A stretch of 64,000 nt of DNA from a virus, in the IMG/VR virus record IMGVR_UViG_3300025141_000048. One strand, written 5' to 3'. The position numbers and the translations under genes were made by a program. Shown piece by piece: positions 36,536 to 43,784 of the stretch; positions within the stretch are counted from its first letter, which is position 1; every line of letters starts with the position of its first letter. Under the pieces are notes generated by a model. It saw only the letters and a program-made list of their open reading frames with translations. It was not told the origin of the DNA and did no database searches.

Positions 36536-37468
36536 ATGGGGAACAAAGCGGTTACGATTGATCAAGTTGAAGCGGTCTCGCCGATGCGAACCTCAACTGG
36601 TTTTCATGAGCTTGATTGGATGTACGGACATTCAGATCATGTAGAGGAAATTATGGGACCGTGGAAGTCATGGGGCTTACCTCATGGAGCCGTTCAACTC
36701 TGTGCTGGTGCTCAAGGTACTGGCAAAACGAAACTTTGGATGTTGATTTCATCCAAATTCAATGCCATGTGGCGAGTATTGGTCATTCAACAGGAAATGC
36801 CTTTGGGCATGTTCAAAGGCCAATACTTGGCAGATATGATCACTCGCCCTGACATCTTTCATATTCTGTCAGATCCTTTAACGGAAGATCCTGACTTGGA
36901 TCATCATATTGCTGAGATTCTTCGAATTCAGCCGCAACTTGTTATTGTTGATTCAGTTAGCATGTATGAGAACATGCAAGTTAAGCGAAATGCTCAACGA
37001 GTAGCGAAGGCATATCAGCATGCTGCTGAGAAGACGGATGCTCATATTGTTTTGATTGGTCATTTGACTTCTAATGGTGATACGGCTGGAAGCCGAGTAT
37101 TGCCGCATTTGGTAGACATTGAGACGAAATTACAGAGAAGTAAGGATAACCCTGAGATCATTGAATTTGCTATAGGGACAAAGAACCGTCTTGGTCCATC
37201 TGGCCGAACGGTATTGATGGAGCATGACGCCAAGACGATGAAAGTCTTGAGTCGTCAATGTCTGCAAGATGAGGTTTATCGTCTTGATCGGATGGAAGAT
37301 GAGATGCCTGAGGTTACTGAGACTTACTTTGATGGTGAGGATCCATATCCTGAAGGTCAGGATCCCGGCATTGTTCGAGGACCTAAGGAAGGTTGGACGT
37401 TCTGGTCAGATCCTCGCCCGGCAGCACCGACTCCGGAGAAGAAAAAGGGATGGCGATTTTTTCCATGA
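36536..37468 (+). CDS. radA: RadA/Sms-like RecA-fold ATPase (no N-terminal Zn finger, no Lon-like domain)
   Basis: STGFHELDWMYG, GAQGTGKT, VIVDSVS, IGHLT..G..AG…L.HLVD, KNRLGP. Confidence 0.8.
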   Translation: MGNKAVTIDQVEAVSPMRTSTGFHELDWMYGHSDHVEEIMGPWKSWGLPHGAVQLCAGAQGTGKTKLWMLISSKFNAMWRVLVIQQEMPLGMFKGQYLADMITRPDIFHILSDPLTEDPDLDHHIAEILRIQPQLVIVDSVSMYENMQVKRNAQRVAKAYQHAAEKTDAHIVLIGHLTSNGDTAGSRVLPHLVDIETKLQRSKDNPEIIEFAIGTKNRLGPSGRTVLMEHDAKTMKVLSRQCLQDEVYRLDRMEDEMPEVTETYFDGEDPYPEGQDPGIVRGPKEGWTFWSDPRPAAPTPEKKKGWRFFP

Positions 37469-37511
37469 GTTCTATCCCCCTACGGGGGATAGAAAAAACG
37501 GAGACACCGAA

Positions 37512-37847
37512 ATGAATGCTAATGCCAAGGTCATCATCTTTTCTGCCTTCTTATTGGTCGTATCGATTTTGATCGTTCATGTTCGCTTCCTTGAGGATCG
37601 ATATCAGACAGCCGTCCGTGAGGTTCATCCTCAGGATTGTTATTGGAAGACAGTTTGGAGAGACAATAAGACTCAGGCATTGGAGGCGATCCGTAAGGAG
37701 AACGTCAAGACGATGCTTCGAGCATATTCTGCGGGGATGAGAGATGGGGCTGGACAAGCGAATGGAGGTTTGGTAAGATATGTTCTCAAACCCAGGTTAG
37801 ACCCGCCTGACTTTAAACCTGACCTGGAACAAGAAGAACCCAAATAG
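37512..37847 (+). CDS. Membrane-anchored hypothetical protein
   Basis: N-terminal TM helix. Confidence 0.55.
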   Translation: MNANAKVIIFSAFLLVVSILIVHVRFLEDRYQTAVREVHPQDCYWKTVWRDNKTQALEAIRKENVKTMLRAYSAGMRDGAGQANGGLVRYVLKPRLDPPDFKPDLEQEEPK

Positions 37848-37888
37848 GTGTTTCGTGCAAAACTCGTTGATCAGGTCAGGCGGGTATT

Positions 37889-37917
37889 TTCCATAGTGGC
37901 AGAAATGTCGATATAAT
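37889..37917 (+). promoter_or_regulatory. CCATAG-class promoter 5/28
   Basis: TTCCATAG-TGGCAGAAATGT-CGATATAAT. Confidence 0.75.
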
Positions 37918-37919
37918 GA

Positions 37920-38030
37920 CAGACGGACCAGACTCCTCGTCTGACCTTAAATCTGGTCCTGCTTCTTTGCCCCTCATCGTATCGAGGTGGTTGAAAATGT
38001 GCTTGTTCGGGTCAGGCGAGGAATTTTGTA
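37920..38030 (+). ncRNA. Candidate structured RNA or RNA switch
   Basis: ORF-less transcript after a CCATAG promoter; GGACCAGA/TCTGGTCC and 13 bp TCCTCGTCTGACC/GGTCAGGCGAGGA helices. Confidence 0.45.
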
Positions 38031-38123
38031 GAAAAAGCTTGACTTCGTTAAAGGAGTTTGGTAAAAGATACGATAAGTAAGAGAGTTGCCTCAATTTTTG
38101 GGGCAGAAAAGTGAGACACCGAG

Positions 38124-38207
38124 ATGGAATTGATTACTAGAGCAGCCCGCTTTATAAAAGCTACAACGGATAATACCCGTTGGAGCTTTGGGTCTGTCTC
38201 TACTTAA
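38124..38207 (+). CDS. Putative 27 aa attenuator leader peptide MELITRAARFIKATTDNTRWSFGSVST
   Basis: Manual translation; overlaps the antiterminator 5' arm. Confidence 0.5.
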   Translation: MELITRAARFIKATTDNTRWSFGSVST

Positions 38208-38264
38208 TCACCATAAAAAAGTAGGAAAGAGACGGACCCAAGGCTAAAAGCTTTGGGTTTTTTT
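38159..38264 (+). promoter_or_regulatory. Transcription attenuator (anti-antiterminator / antiterminator / terminator) upstream of the tRNA array
   Basis: 38184-38201 pairs with 38228-38245 (18 bp); this excludes terminator 38236-38258 + T tract. Confidence 0.7.
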
Positions 38265-38281
38265 GTTGCCGAAAATTATGA

Positions 38282-38367
38282 TCCACAGTACCCGAGTGGT
38301 AGCAGGGGGCGGACTGTTAATCCGTTAGGCGTAAGCCTCGTCGTTGGTTCGAATCCAACCTGTGGAG
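38282..38367 (+). tRNA. tRNA-Asn(GUU) with long variable arm
   Basis: TCCACAG/CTGTGGA-G; loop CTGTTAA; V-arm AGGC-GTAA-GCCT. Confidence 0.9.
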
Positions 38368-38437
38368 TTAAAAGAAGGAGATCTCAAACTTCGTTGGAAA
38401 GTTAACAAGACATGTTAATTATCTAACGGAGATCGAG

Positions 38438-38986
38438 ATGATCCAGAAGTCAGAAAAGGTAAAGAAATGGCGTAAAGAAACGAAGAAACGTATTGTCGAG
38501 TCCATGGGAGGCGGATGCGTATGTTGCGGATACACACGATGCTTGAGAGCATTGGATCTGCATCACCTGGATCCTGAGGAAAAGGAATTTGGATTTGGCA
38601 GGATAATGGCGAATCCCATACGATGGGAAAAGATCGTCGAAGAATTGAGGAAATGTGTTCTTGTATGCAAGCGATGTCATGCCGAAATCCATGATGGGAT
38701 TCTAAAGATCCCGGAAAATGCGACCAGGTTTGATGAATCGTTTACCACGTACAAGAACCAAAAGAAAGAAGCTTGTCCGGTATGCGGGAATGATAAACCG
38801 CTGCATCTGATTACTTGTTCGAAGTCGTGTGCAGCAAAGAGGGCAGGTAAAGTCAATTGGGATGCAATTGACTTGAAAGGATTGTTGAAAGAAAAGACCA
38901 GCATCGTAAAGATAGCTGAACGGATAGGGGTTTCAGATACCTCTGTTTACAAACGAATGAGGAAATTGGGACTGGAACGCTGTTAA
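38438..38986 (+). CDS. HNH homing endonuclease with C-terminal HTH
   Basis: GGGCVCCGY…ALDLHHLDP…KCVLVCKRCHAEIH. Confidence 0.9.
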   Translation: MIQKSEKVKKWRKETKKRIVESMGGGCVCCGYTRCLRALDLHHLDPEEKEFGFGRIMANPIRWEKIVEELRKCVLVCKRCHAEIHDGILKIPENATRFDESFTTYKNQKKEACPVCGNDKPLHLITCSKSCAAKRAGKVNWDAIDLKGLLKEKTSIVKIAERIGVSDTSVYKRMRKLGLERC

Positions 38987-39022
38987 CCAAGAAAGATGCT
39001 GGTTCGAATCCAGTCCTTGGAA
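38980..39022 (+). pseudogene. 3' half of a tRNA-Asn(GUU)
   Basis: CTGTTAA-CCAAG…GCTGG-TTCGAAT-CCAGT-CCTTGGA; overlaps the HNH stop. Confidence 0.75.
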
Positions 39023-39092
39023 TTAGGAGTTGAGTCATGCGTTATGACAGTTCAGAAGTTCGATACAAACCGAGTTCATATCTTTGAGGTAT

Positions 39093-39178
39093 GGATCGGT
39101 AGTCAAGCGGTTGAAGACATCGGACTTTTAATCCGTCAGGCGTAAGCCTCATCGCAGGTTCGAATCCTGTCCGGTCCA
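39093..39178 (+). tRNA. tRNA-Lys(UUU) with long variable arm
   Basis: GGATCGG/CCGGTCC-A; loop CTTTTAA; V-arm AGGC-GTAA-GCCT. Confidence 0.88.
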
Positions 39179-39211
39179 CTTTGGATTCCGGCTCTTTGAT
39201 AAGTAAAGATT

Positions 39212-39241
39212 CTCCATAGACGCCGTGAGGCGTGATATAAT
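39212..39241 (+). promoter_or_regulatory. CCATAG-class promoter 6/28
   Basis: CTCCATAG-ACGCCGTGAGGCG-TGATATAAT. Confidence 0.8.
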
Positions 39242-39345
39242 GGCCTGTCGTCCATCGATAAGGGACGTAACTTAGATCCCCAGCAGTGTAACGACTGCCC
39301 GAATAGCGGGTTCTTCATATCTGGTAGGTAAAGCCAGACGAATTG

Positions 39346-39374
39346 TTGACAATGTAGTCAACAGATGGTACATT
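39346..39374 (+). promoter_or_regulatory. Sigma-70 promoter overlapped by inverted repeat TGTTGAC-N6-GTCAACA
   Basis: TTGACA-17-TACATT with TG. Confidence 0.6.
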
Positions 39375-39393
39375 GGTCGTAAAGGAGACATCC

Positions 39394-39753
39394 ATGTCAA
39401 CTCAGATTCTGGAATATGTCAAAAATCGCAAGGGCAATCGTGTTGGCGTTTTCGTCGCTGCCGTTCAGGCGGACGAAACTGTTCAGATCGGCTGGTCGAA
39501 ATGCCATGGGACCAAAGACAAATGGAACCGTGAGCGAGGAATCGACATTGCTACTCGTCGAGCGAAGAGTGGTTCGATGGTTCCTATGCCCCTTATGATC
39601 GAAGACAAGGTCGAGGGTTTCTTGGAACGTGCTCGGCGATATTTCAAAGGTCGAGAGATTGTCAAGACCTTTGTTACTCAAGCAGAGGCTGCTGAGTTAG
39701 CGGCAGCTACTGACGTTACTGCCGTCATCGAACATGAGTTGAAACAGGGCTAA
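39394..39753 (+). CDS. Hypothetical phage protein
   Basis: IGWSKCH..D.WNRERGIDIA..RA; SD AAGGAG. Confidence 0.7.
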   Translation: MSTQILEYVKNRKGNRVGVFVAAVQADETVQIGWSKCHGTKDKWNRERGIDIATRRAKSGSMVPMPLMIEDKVEGFLERARRYFKGREIVKTFVTQAEAAELAAATDVTAVIEHELKQG

Positions 39754-40026
39754 CATCGACAAGGAGAGTCATGATTGATGAACTTTTGCTTATACTACAA
39801 TGTGCATCCGGCATTTTCGGAATTATAAGCACTGTCATCTCATTTGGTGGTGAAGAAGAAGCTAGTCGAGCAGCAAATTCTTGCTGGCTGGGCTTCATCG
39901 GTTTCACCTTGTGCCGAATTTTGACAGCAATGCCATAACTGGATCATGGACATCAGAGGATAGCGAGAAGTTTATGCCGCACGGTATGGGAGCCGAGATG
40001 TCTGTGATCTTGTTTCCTTTCTCATT

Positions 40027-40100
40027 GGTCTCGTAGTTCAGCCTGGTAGAACAACGCACTTTTAATGCGTGGGTCGAAGGTTCGAATCCTTCCGGGACCA
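40027..40100 (+). tRNA. tRNA-Lys(UUU), canonical
   Basis: GGTCTCG/CGGGACC-A; ACGCA-CTTTTAA-TGCGT. Confidence 0.92.
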
Positions 40101-40110
40101 CTTATCACAT

Positions 40111-40183
40111 ACCACCGTAGCTCAATTGGCAGAGCATCGCATTCCAAATGCGGCGGTTAGGGGTTCGAGTCCTCTCGGTGGTG
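40111..40183 (+). tRNA. tRNA-Trp(CCA)
   Basis: ACCACCG/CGGTGGT-G; loop TTCCAAA. Confidence 0.92.
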
Positions 40184-40188
40184 CTTTT

Positions 40189-40263
40189 GCACTCGTAGCT
40201 CAGTCTGGACAGAGCAATTGCCTTCGAAGCAAAAGGTCGTAGGTTCGAATCCTACCGGGTGTA
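40189..40263 (+). tRNA. tRNA-Arg(UCG)
   Basis: GCACTCG/CGGGTGT-A; loop CTTCGAA. Confidence 0.9.
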
Positions 40264-40266
40264 CTT

Positions 40267-40295
40267 TTCCATAGCTGCCAAATTTCTGATATAAT
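40267..40295 (+). promoter_or_regulatory. CCATAG-class promoter 7/28
   Basis: TTCCATAG-CTGCCAAATTTC-TGATATAAT. Confidence 0.8.
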
Positions 40296-40301
40296 GGTAG
40301 T

Positions 40302-40805
40302 ATGAACCTCTCAGACGATCAAATCAAAGCTGTCAACAAAACCGCAACGAATTCGAGTCGTTTCGTCGATCAAGCAGTTATCCCGAAACTCGTTGAAGAG
40401 ATGGCCAACACCGATTGGCGGATCCTCGACTATGGATCCGGACCCAAAGCTCTGCATGTCCATCGTCTTCGAGATCTTGGGTTCAATGTTGTTGCACACG
40501 ACTTTGGCAACAATGTTACCACCGAACACGATCCCAAAGCACTGACTCGAACGTATGACTTAGTCTATGCTTCGAGCGTCATTAATGTTCAGATCTCTCA
40601 TGAGATGTTAAGATCTACGCTCGTCGAGATCTCAACTCTTTTGGATCCAGGCGGAGTCTTCTTGTTCAACCTGCCTAAGGAGCCTCAGAAGATTGATTTT
40701 GACATTCAGGATCTGATCTTGACGTTGTCAGAAATCTTCGGTGATGACATCGATTACAAGAAGCGGAATTCGTCTTGGATCTTTACGGTAACGAAAGGGA
40801 CATGA
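40302..40805 (+). CDS. Class I SAM-dependent methyltransferase
   Basis: ILDYGSGP, YDLVYASSVINV; leaderless. Confidence 0.8.
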   Translation: MNLSDDQIKAVNKTATNSSRFVDQAVIPKLVEEMANTDWRILDYGSGPKALHVHRLRDLGFNVVAHDFGNNVTTEHDPKALTRTYDLVYASSVINVQISHEMLRSTLVEISTLLDPGGVFLFNLPKEPQKIDFDIQDLILTLSEIFGDDIDYKKRNSSWIFTVTKGT

Positions 40806-41156
40806 TGGAATTTGTCGGTGAGAAAAACATGACGGAGATGGGATGTCCGCCTATGGATCCTCCATGTAAATGCGGATCCTCACTGTCTCATGACTCCAGT
40901 ACTCATCAGTGTAAGACAGAGTTATTCAAACCCTGTCCACACTGTGGTAGTCGTTTGTTATACTGGGGACATCATGATTCTGAACTGCTTTGCAGTTGAG
41001 TGTCATAATTGTGGATGTGTAGGACCTCGAATCAGTTACGACAGTGCTGAGAGGTTAGGGCTTCCTGTTGAGATCCGGTATGATGAGCTTGCAGATCTTG
41101 ACGGCAAGTTACTTGATTTTGCGATTGAGGCGTGGAATCAAAGAGAGCACCAGTAG
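40802..41156 (+). CDS. Lar-like (restriction alleviation) Zn-ribbon gene split by a +1 frameshift near 40988
   Basis: FKPCPHCG in one frame, VECHNCGCVGP…AIEAWNQR in the next. Confidence 0.55.
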
Positions 41157-41220
41157 CTCAATTGGACAGAGCACGGCACTACGGATGCCGAGGTTTCAGG
41201 TTCGAGTCCTGGTTGGTGTA
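41147..41220 (+). tRNA. tRNA-Arg(ACG)
   Basis: GCACCAG/TTGGTGT-A; CGGCA-CTACGGA-TGCCG. Confidence 0.92.
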
Positions 41221-41222
41221 TT

Positions 41223-41447
41223 ATGTTAATAGTTTCTGAAGTACCATATCCTCCCATATGTGAACTGTGTGGATCTCAAGATACACGACATGTTGCAGAT
41301 CTCGAAGACGGGATCTTGCAGAATTGTTGGTGGCGTTGTTTGGGATGTCAGATGGAATATGGCATTGATCCGGATCCCAAAAAAACGTATGTGGATCCAC
41401 GTACGGGGAAATGGGTTGTGACGTTATCATTTCGTCGTAAGTTCTAA
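41223..41447 (+). CDS. Small zinc-ribbon protein
   Basis: CELCG…CLGC. Confidence 0.5.
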   Translation: MLIVSEVPYPPICELCGSQDTRHVADLEDGILQNCWWRCLGCQMEYGIDPDPKKTYVDPRTGKWVVTLSFRRKF

Positions 41448-41455
41448 GTCTTTTA

Positions 41456-41552
41456 CCGCCGGTAGTTTAATTGGTAAAACCCCAAATTTATAATTTGGTA
41501 AAACGCCTCGCTGATTACGGGGTAAGTCCTGGTTCGAGTCCAGGTCGGCGGA
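41456..41552 (+). tRNA. 97 nt tRNA-Ile with two anticodon arms (UAU at 41489-91, GAU at 41513-15)
   Basis: CCGCCGG/TCGGCGG-A; CCAAA-TTTATAA-TTTGG and CCTCG-CTGATTA-CGGGG; intact D and T arms. Confidence 0.8.
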
Positions 41553-41554
41553 TT

Positions 41555-41583
41555 CTCCATAGCCGGAAAATTCCTGATATAAT
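41555..41583 (+). promoter_or_regulatory. CCATAG-class promoter 8/28
   Basis: CTCCATAG-CCGGAAAATTCC-TGATATAAT. Confidence 0.8.
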
Positions 41584-41604
41584 CCGGCTGAAAGGAAGAT
41601 ACCT

Positions 41605-41823
41605 ATGAGGCAGCAAATCATTACTGAGAATAGGGCAGATCGTTTCGAAGACAAAGTTAACCAACTGATGAATGATGGTTGGATGGCGGTCCCCGCAACC
41701 CATGTCGTGGCCAAGGATAACGATTCTATCTTTGGCTACTTCGCTATCGTCCTTGAGAAAAAAAAGATGGGTAACACCGGAAAGTTGCGGACTCCGCCGA
41801 TTTACAACTGGTTGTCACCATGA
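41605..41823 (+). CDS. DUF1737-like small protein
   Basis: FEDKVNQLMNDGW; SD GAAAGGAAG. Confidence 0.6.
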   Translation: MRQQIITENRADRFEDKVNQLMNDGWMAVPATHVVAKDNDSIFGYFAIVLEKKKMGNTGKLRTPPIYNWLSP

Positions 41824-42002
41824 ATCTACGGTGTATGATGTCAACGGACAGAACATCTGCATTGCCAATTGTTTGACGCTGAAGCCGAAAGAAGAGGGTT
41901 TGCGACAAATCATTTTCTGGCCCAGCGGGCGGATTACATATGATTGGCAACATGAAGGTACAATTCTCTTGTAATCGTCGAAGATGACGATACAATGCAT
42001 AT

Positions 42003-42030
42003 GGGGCTATAGCTCAATTTTGGGAGAGCA
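42003..42030 (+). pseudogene. 5' half of a tRNA-Ala
   Basis: GGGGCTATAGCTCAATTTTGGGAGAGCA, ending at the anticodon stem. Confidence 0.75.
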
Positions 42031-42105
42031 TTGGGAAGCCGCTGCTAAGATCGTGGCTTGGGTTCGTTTGGAGAACGGGATTAGAATCACCGAGTATCAT
42101 GTGTT

Positions 42106-42519
42106 ATGAGGTTGATGAATCTGGAAACTGAAGAGGTGATTCTGATACGGGTTATTTCTCAGGAAAAGGATGGTATCTGGGGTCACATTGTGGCTTCGAA
42201 TGGCACCGTGGATCGTCAACCTGAGTTCTTTCCGATCATTGAATGGAGAGAGTTTACTGTGATTGGCCTTGGAGAGCAATCTTCTCGGTTTAAGGCGAAA
42301 AGAGAGCAAGCAGTTACATACAAAGGTGGGAAGTGCGAACGTTGTAACTACGACAGATGTATGCAGGCATTAGAATTTCATCATCCAGATCCATCATCTA
42401 AGGATCCAGATTACAGCAGAATCAAATCATGGTCATGGGATAGGGTGAAGAAAGAGATTGACAAATGCATATTGCTTTGTAGTATTTGTCATCGAGAAAA
42501 ACATGCGGGGATATGGTAA
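42106..42519 (+). CDS. HNH homing endonuclease
   Basis: YKGGKCERCNY…ALEFHHPDP…KCILLCSICHREKH. Confidence 0.9.
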   Translation: MRLMNLETEEVILIRVISQEKDGIWGHIVASNGTVDRQPEFFPIIEWREFTVIGLGEQSSRFKAKREQAVTYKGGKCERCNYDRCMQALEFHHPDPSSKDPDYSRIKSWSWDRVKKEIDKCILLCSICHREKHAGIW

Positions 42520-42578
42520 AATTGGGATCACATCGCCTTTGCACGGCGGAATTCGGGGTTCGAGTCCCCGTATCTCCA
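42507..42578 (+). tRNA. tRNA-Ala(UGC), diverged; overlaps the HNH stop
   Basis: GGGGATA/TATCTCC-A (G3-U70); loop TTTGCAC. Confidence 0.88.
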
Positions 42579-42583
42579 CTTAA

Positions 42584-42654
42584 GCTCCTGAGGTGTTACG
42601 GTAGCACGTCGGACTGTCGATCCGAAAGCCGGGGTTCGACTCCCCGTAGGGGCG
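42584..42654 (+). tRNA. tRNA-Asp(GUC)
   Basis: GCTCCTG/TAGGGGC-G; TCGGA-CTGTCGA-TCCGA. Confidence 0.88.
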
Positions 42655-42655
42655 T

Positions 42656-42690
42656 TTCCGAAGGTTGGGGGTTCGAGTCCCCTGGTGGCG
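42656..42690 (+). pseudogene. Orphan tRNA 3' half (isotype unknown)
   Basis: AGGTT-GGGGG-TTCGAGT-CCCCT-GGTGGCG. Confidence 0.6.
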
Positions 42691-42745
42691 TTGAAATAAA
42701 AACGGTGTGCAAATGGTATACGCAAGACAGTAGGGCAAATAATAT

Positions 42746-42818
42746 GGGGCAGTAGCTCAATTGGGAGAGCATCTCGTTCGCAACGAGAAGGTTGAGGGTT
42801 CGAGTCCCTTCTGCTCCA
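42746..42818 (+). tRNA. tRNA-Ala(CGC)
   Basis: GGGGCAG/CTGCTCC-A; loop TTCGCAA. Confidence 0.92.
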
Positions 42819-42825
42819 CTTGTAT

Positions 42826-42898
42826 GGGGCCATAGCTCAGTTGGGAGAGCGTCTCACTGGCAGTGAGAAAGTCGCAGGTTCGAGTCCTGTTGGCTCCA
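42826..42898 (+). tRNA. tRNA-Ala(GGC)
   Basis: GGGGCCA/TGGCTCC-A; loop CTGGCAG. Confidence 0.92.
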
Positions 42899-42904
42899 CT
42901 TTAA

Positions 42905-42979
42905 GCGCCTGTAGCTCAGTATGGACAGAGCACACCCCTGATAAGGGTGGGGTCGTAGGTTCAAATCCTACTAGGCGCA
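42905..42979 (+). tRNA. tRNA-Ile(GAU)
   Basis: GCGCCTG/TAGGCGC-A; CACCC-CTGATAA-GGGTG. Confidence 0.92.
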
Positions 42980-43098
42980 TTATGGAAAAAGACATATGGC
43001 AATATCGTAGTAATCTTGCAGGATGGGTCGTCATTTCTGTAAGTTTTGCAGCTTGGTTAGCGGTACATGCTCCAGGCAAGGTCCGTTTGTGTTGTTAA

Positions 43099-43135
43099 GC
43101 CTCCGTAGCTCAATTGGTAGAGCATTCCGCTTACG
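43099..43135 (+). pseudogene. 5' half of a tRNA-Val(UAC)
   Basis: GCCTCCG-TA-GCTC…GAGC-A-TTCCG-CTTACG, then unrelated sequence. Confidence 0.7.
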
Positions 43136-43205
43136 TTCTGGACTTGGTTGTCTGCGTTGTGGATTACTGGTATAGTCCATGGCAGTTCTAGTAGTAGTTC
43201 TTAAC

Positions 43206-43278
43206 GCCAAGTAGCTCAGTTTAATTTGGAAGAGCGGTGGAGTGAAATCCCACAGGTCGCAGGTGGGAGACCTTGGTA
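43206..43278 (+). pseudogene. Degenerate tRNA-Phe(GAA), damaged T arm
   Basis: Anticodon arm GTGGA-GTGAAAT-CCCAC; T loop missing. Confidence 0.6.
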
Positions 43279-43338
43279 GAAGAAGCGAAGAAATGCAGCC
43301 TCTTGTGTTGTCGATGTCATAGAGAAATAGAGAACGAA

Positions 43339-43411
43339 GGCTAGTAAGCTAATCTGGTGAAAGCGTCCGCCTGAAGAGTGGAAGAGCCCGGCTCGAAACC
43401 GGGACTAGCCA
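43339..43411 (+). tRNA. tRNA-Phe(GAA)
   Basis: GGCTAGT/ACTAGCC-A; loop CTGAAGA; T loop CTCGAAA. Confidence 0.88.
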
Positions 43412-43508
43412 CTTAACATACGTGTATCGGGGTTACTCCCTTACAACTGCCAGGCATGTCCCTGTTGCGTATGTTTAACAGAGAGAAGGCAGCCTCTTTC
43501 TCTGTTAT

Positions 43509-43582
43509 GCCACCGTAGCTCAATCTGGTAGAGCGGCTCCCTTGTAAGGAGCGGGTTGGGGGTTCGATTCCTCTCGGTGGCC
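43509..43582 (+). tRNA. tRNA-Thr(UGU)
   Basis: GCCACCG/CGGTGGC; loop CTTGTAA. Confidence 0.9.
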
Positions 43583-43587
43583 CTTTT

Positions 43588-43660
43588 GTCCCCCTGGTGT
43601 TAAATGGCAACATCACTCTTTCGTAATGAGTGGCTATCGGTTCGAATCCGGTGGGGGACT
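43588..43660 (+). tRNA. tRNA-Thr(CGU)
   Basis: GTCCCCC/GGGGGAC-T; loop TTCGTAA. Confidence 0.88.
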
Positions 43661-43666
43661 TTACAT

Positions 43667-43739
43667 GCTGCCGTACATCAGTTGGAAGATGGCCTCCTTG
43701 GTAAGGAGGATGTCGTGGGTTCGAGCCCCACCGGTAGCT
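43667..43739 (+). tRNA. tRNA-Thr(GGU)
   Basis: GCTGCCG/CGGTAGC-T; loop TTGGTAA. Confidence 0.9.
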
Positions 43740-43750
43740 TTCAGATTTTT

Positions 43751-43779
43751 CTCCATAGCCAAAATCTAGCTGATATAAT
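43751..43779 (+). promoter_or_regulatory. CCATAG-class promoter 9/28
   Basis: CTCCATAG-CCAAAATCTAGC-TGATATAAT. Confidence 0.8.
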
Positions 43780-43784
43780 GAGAC

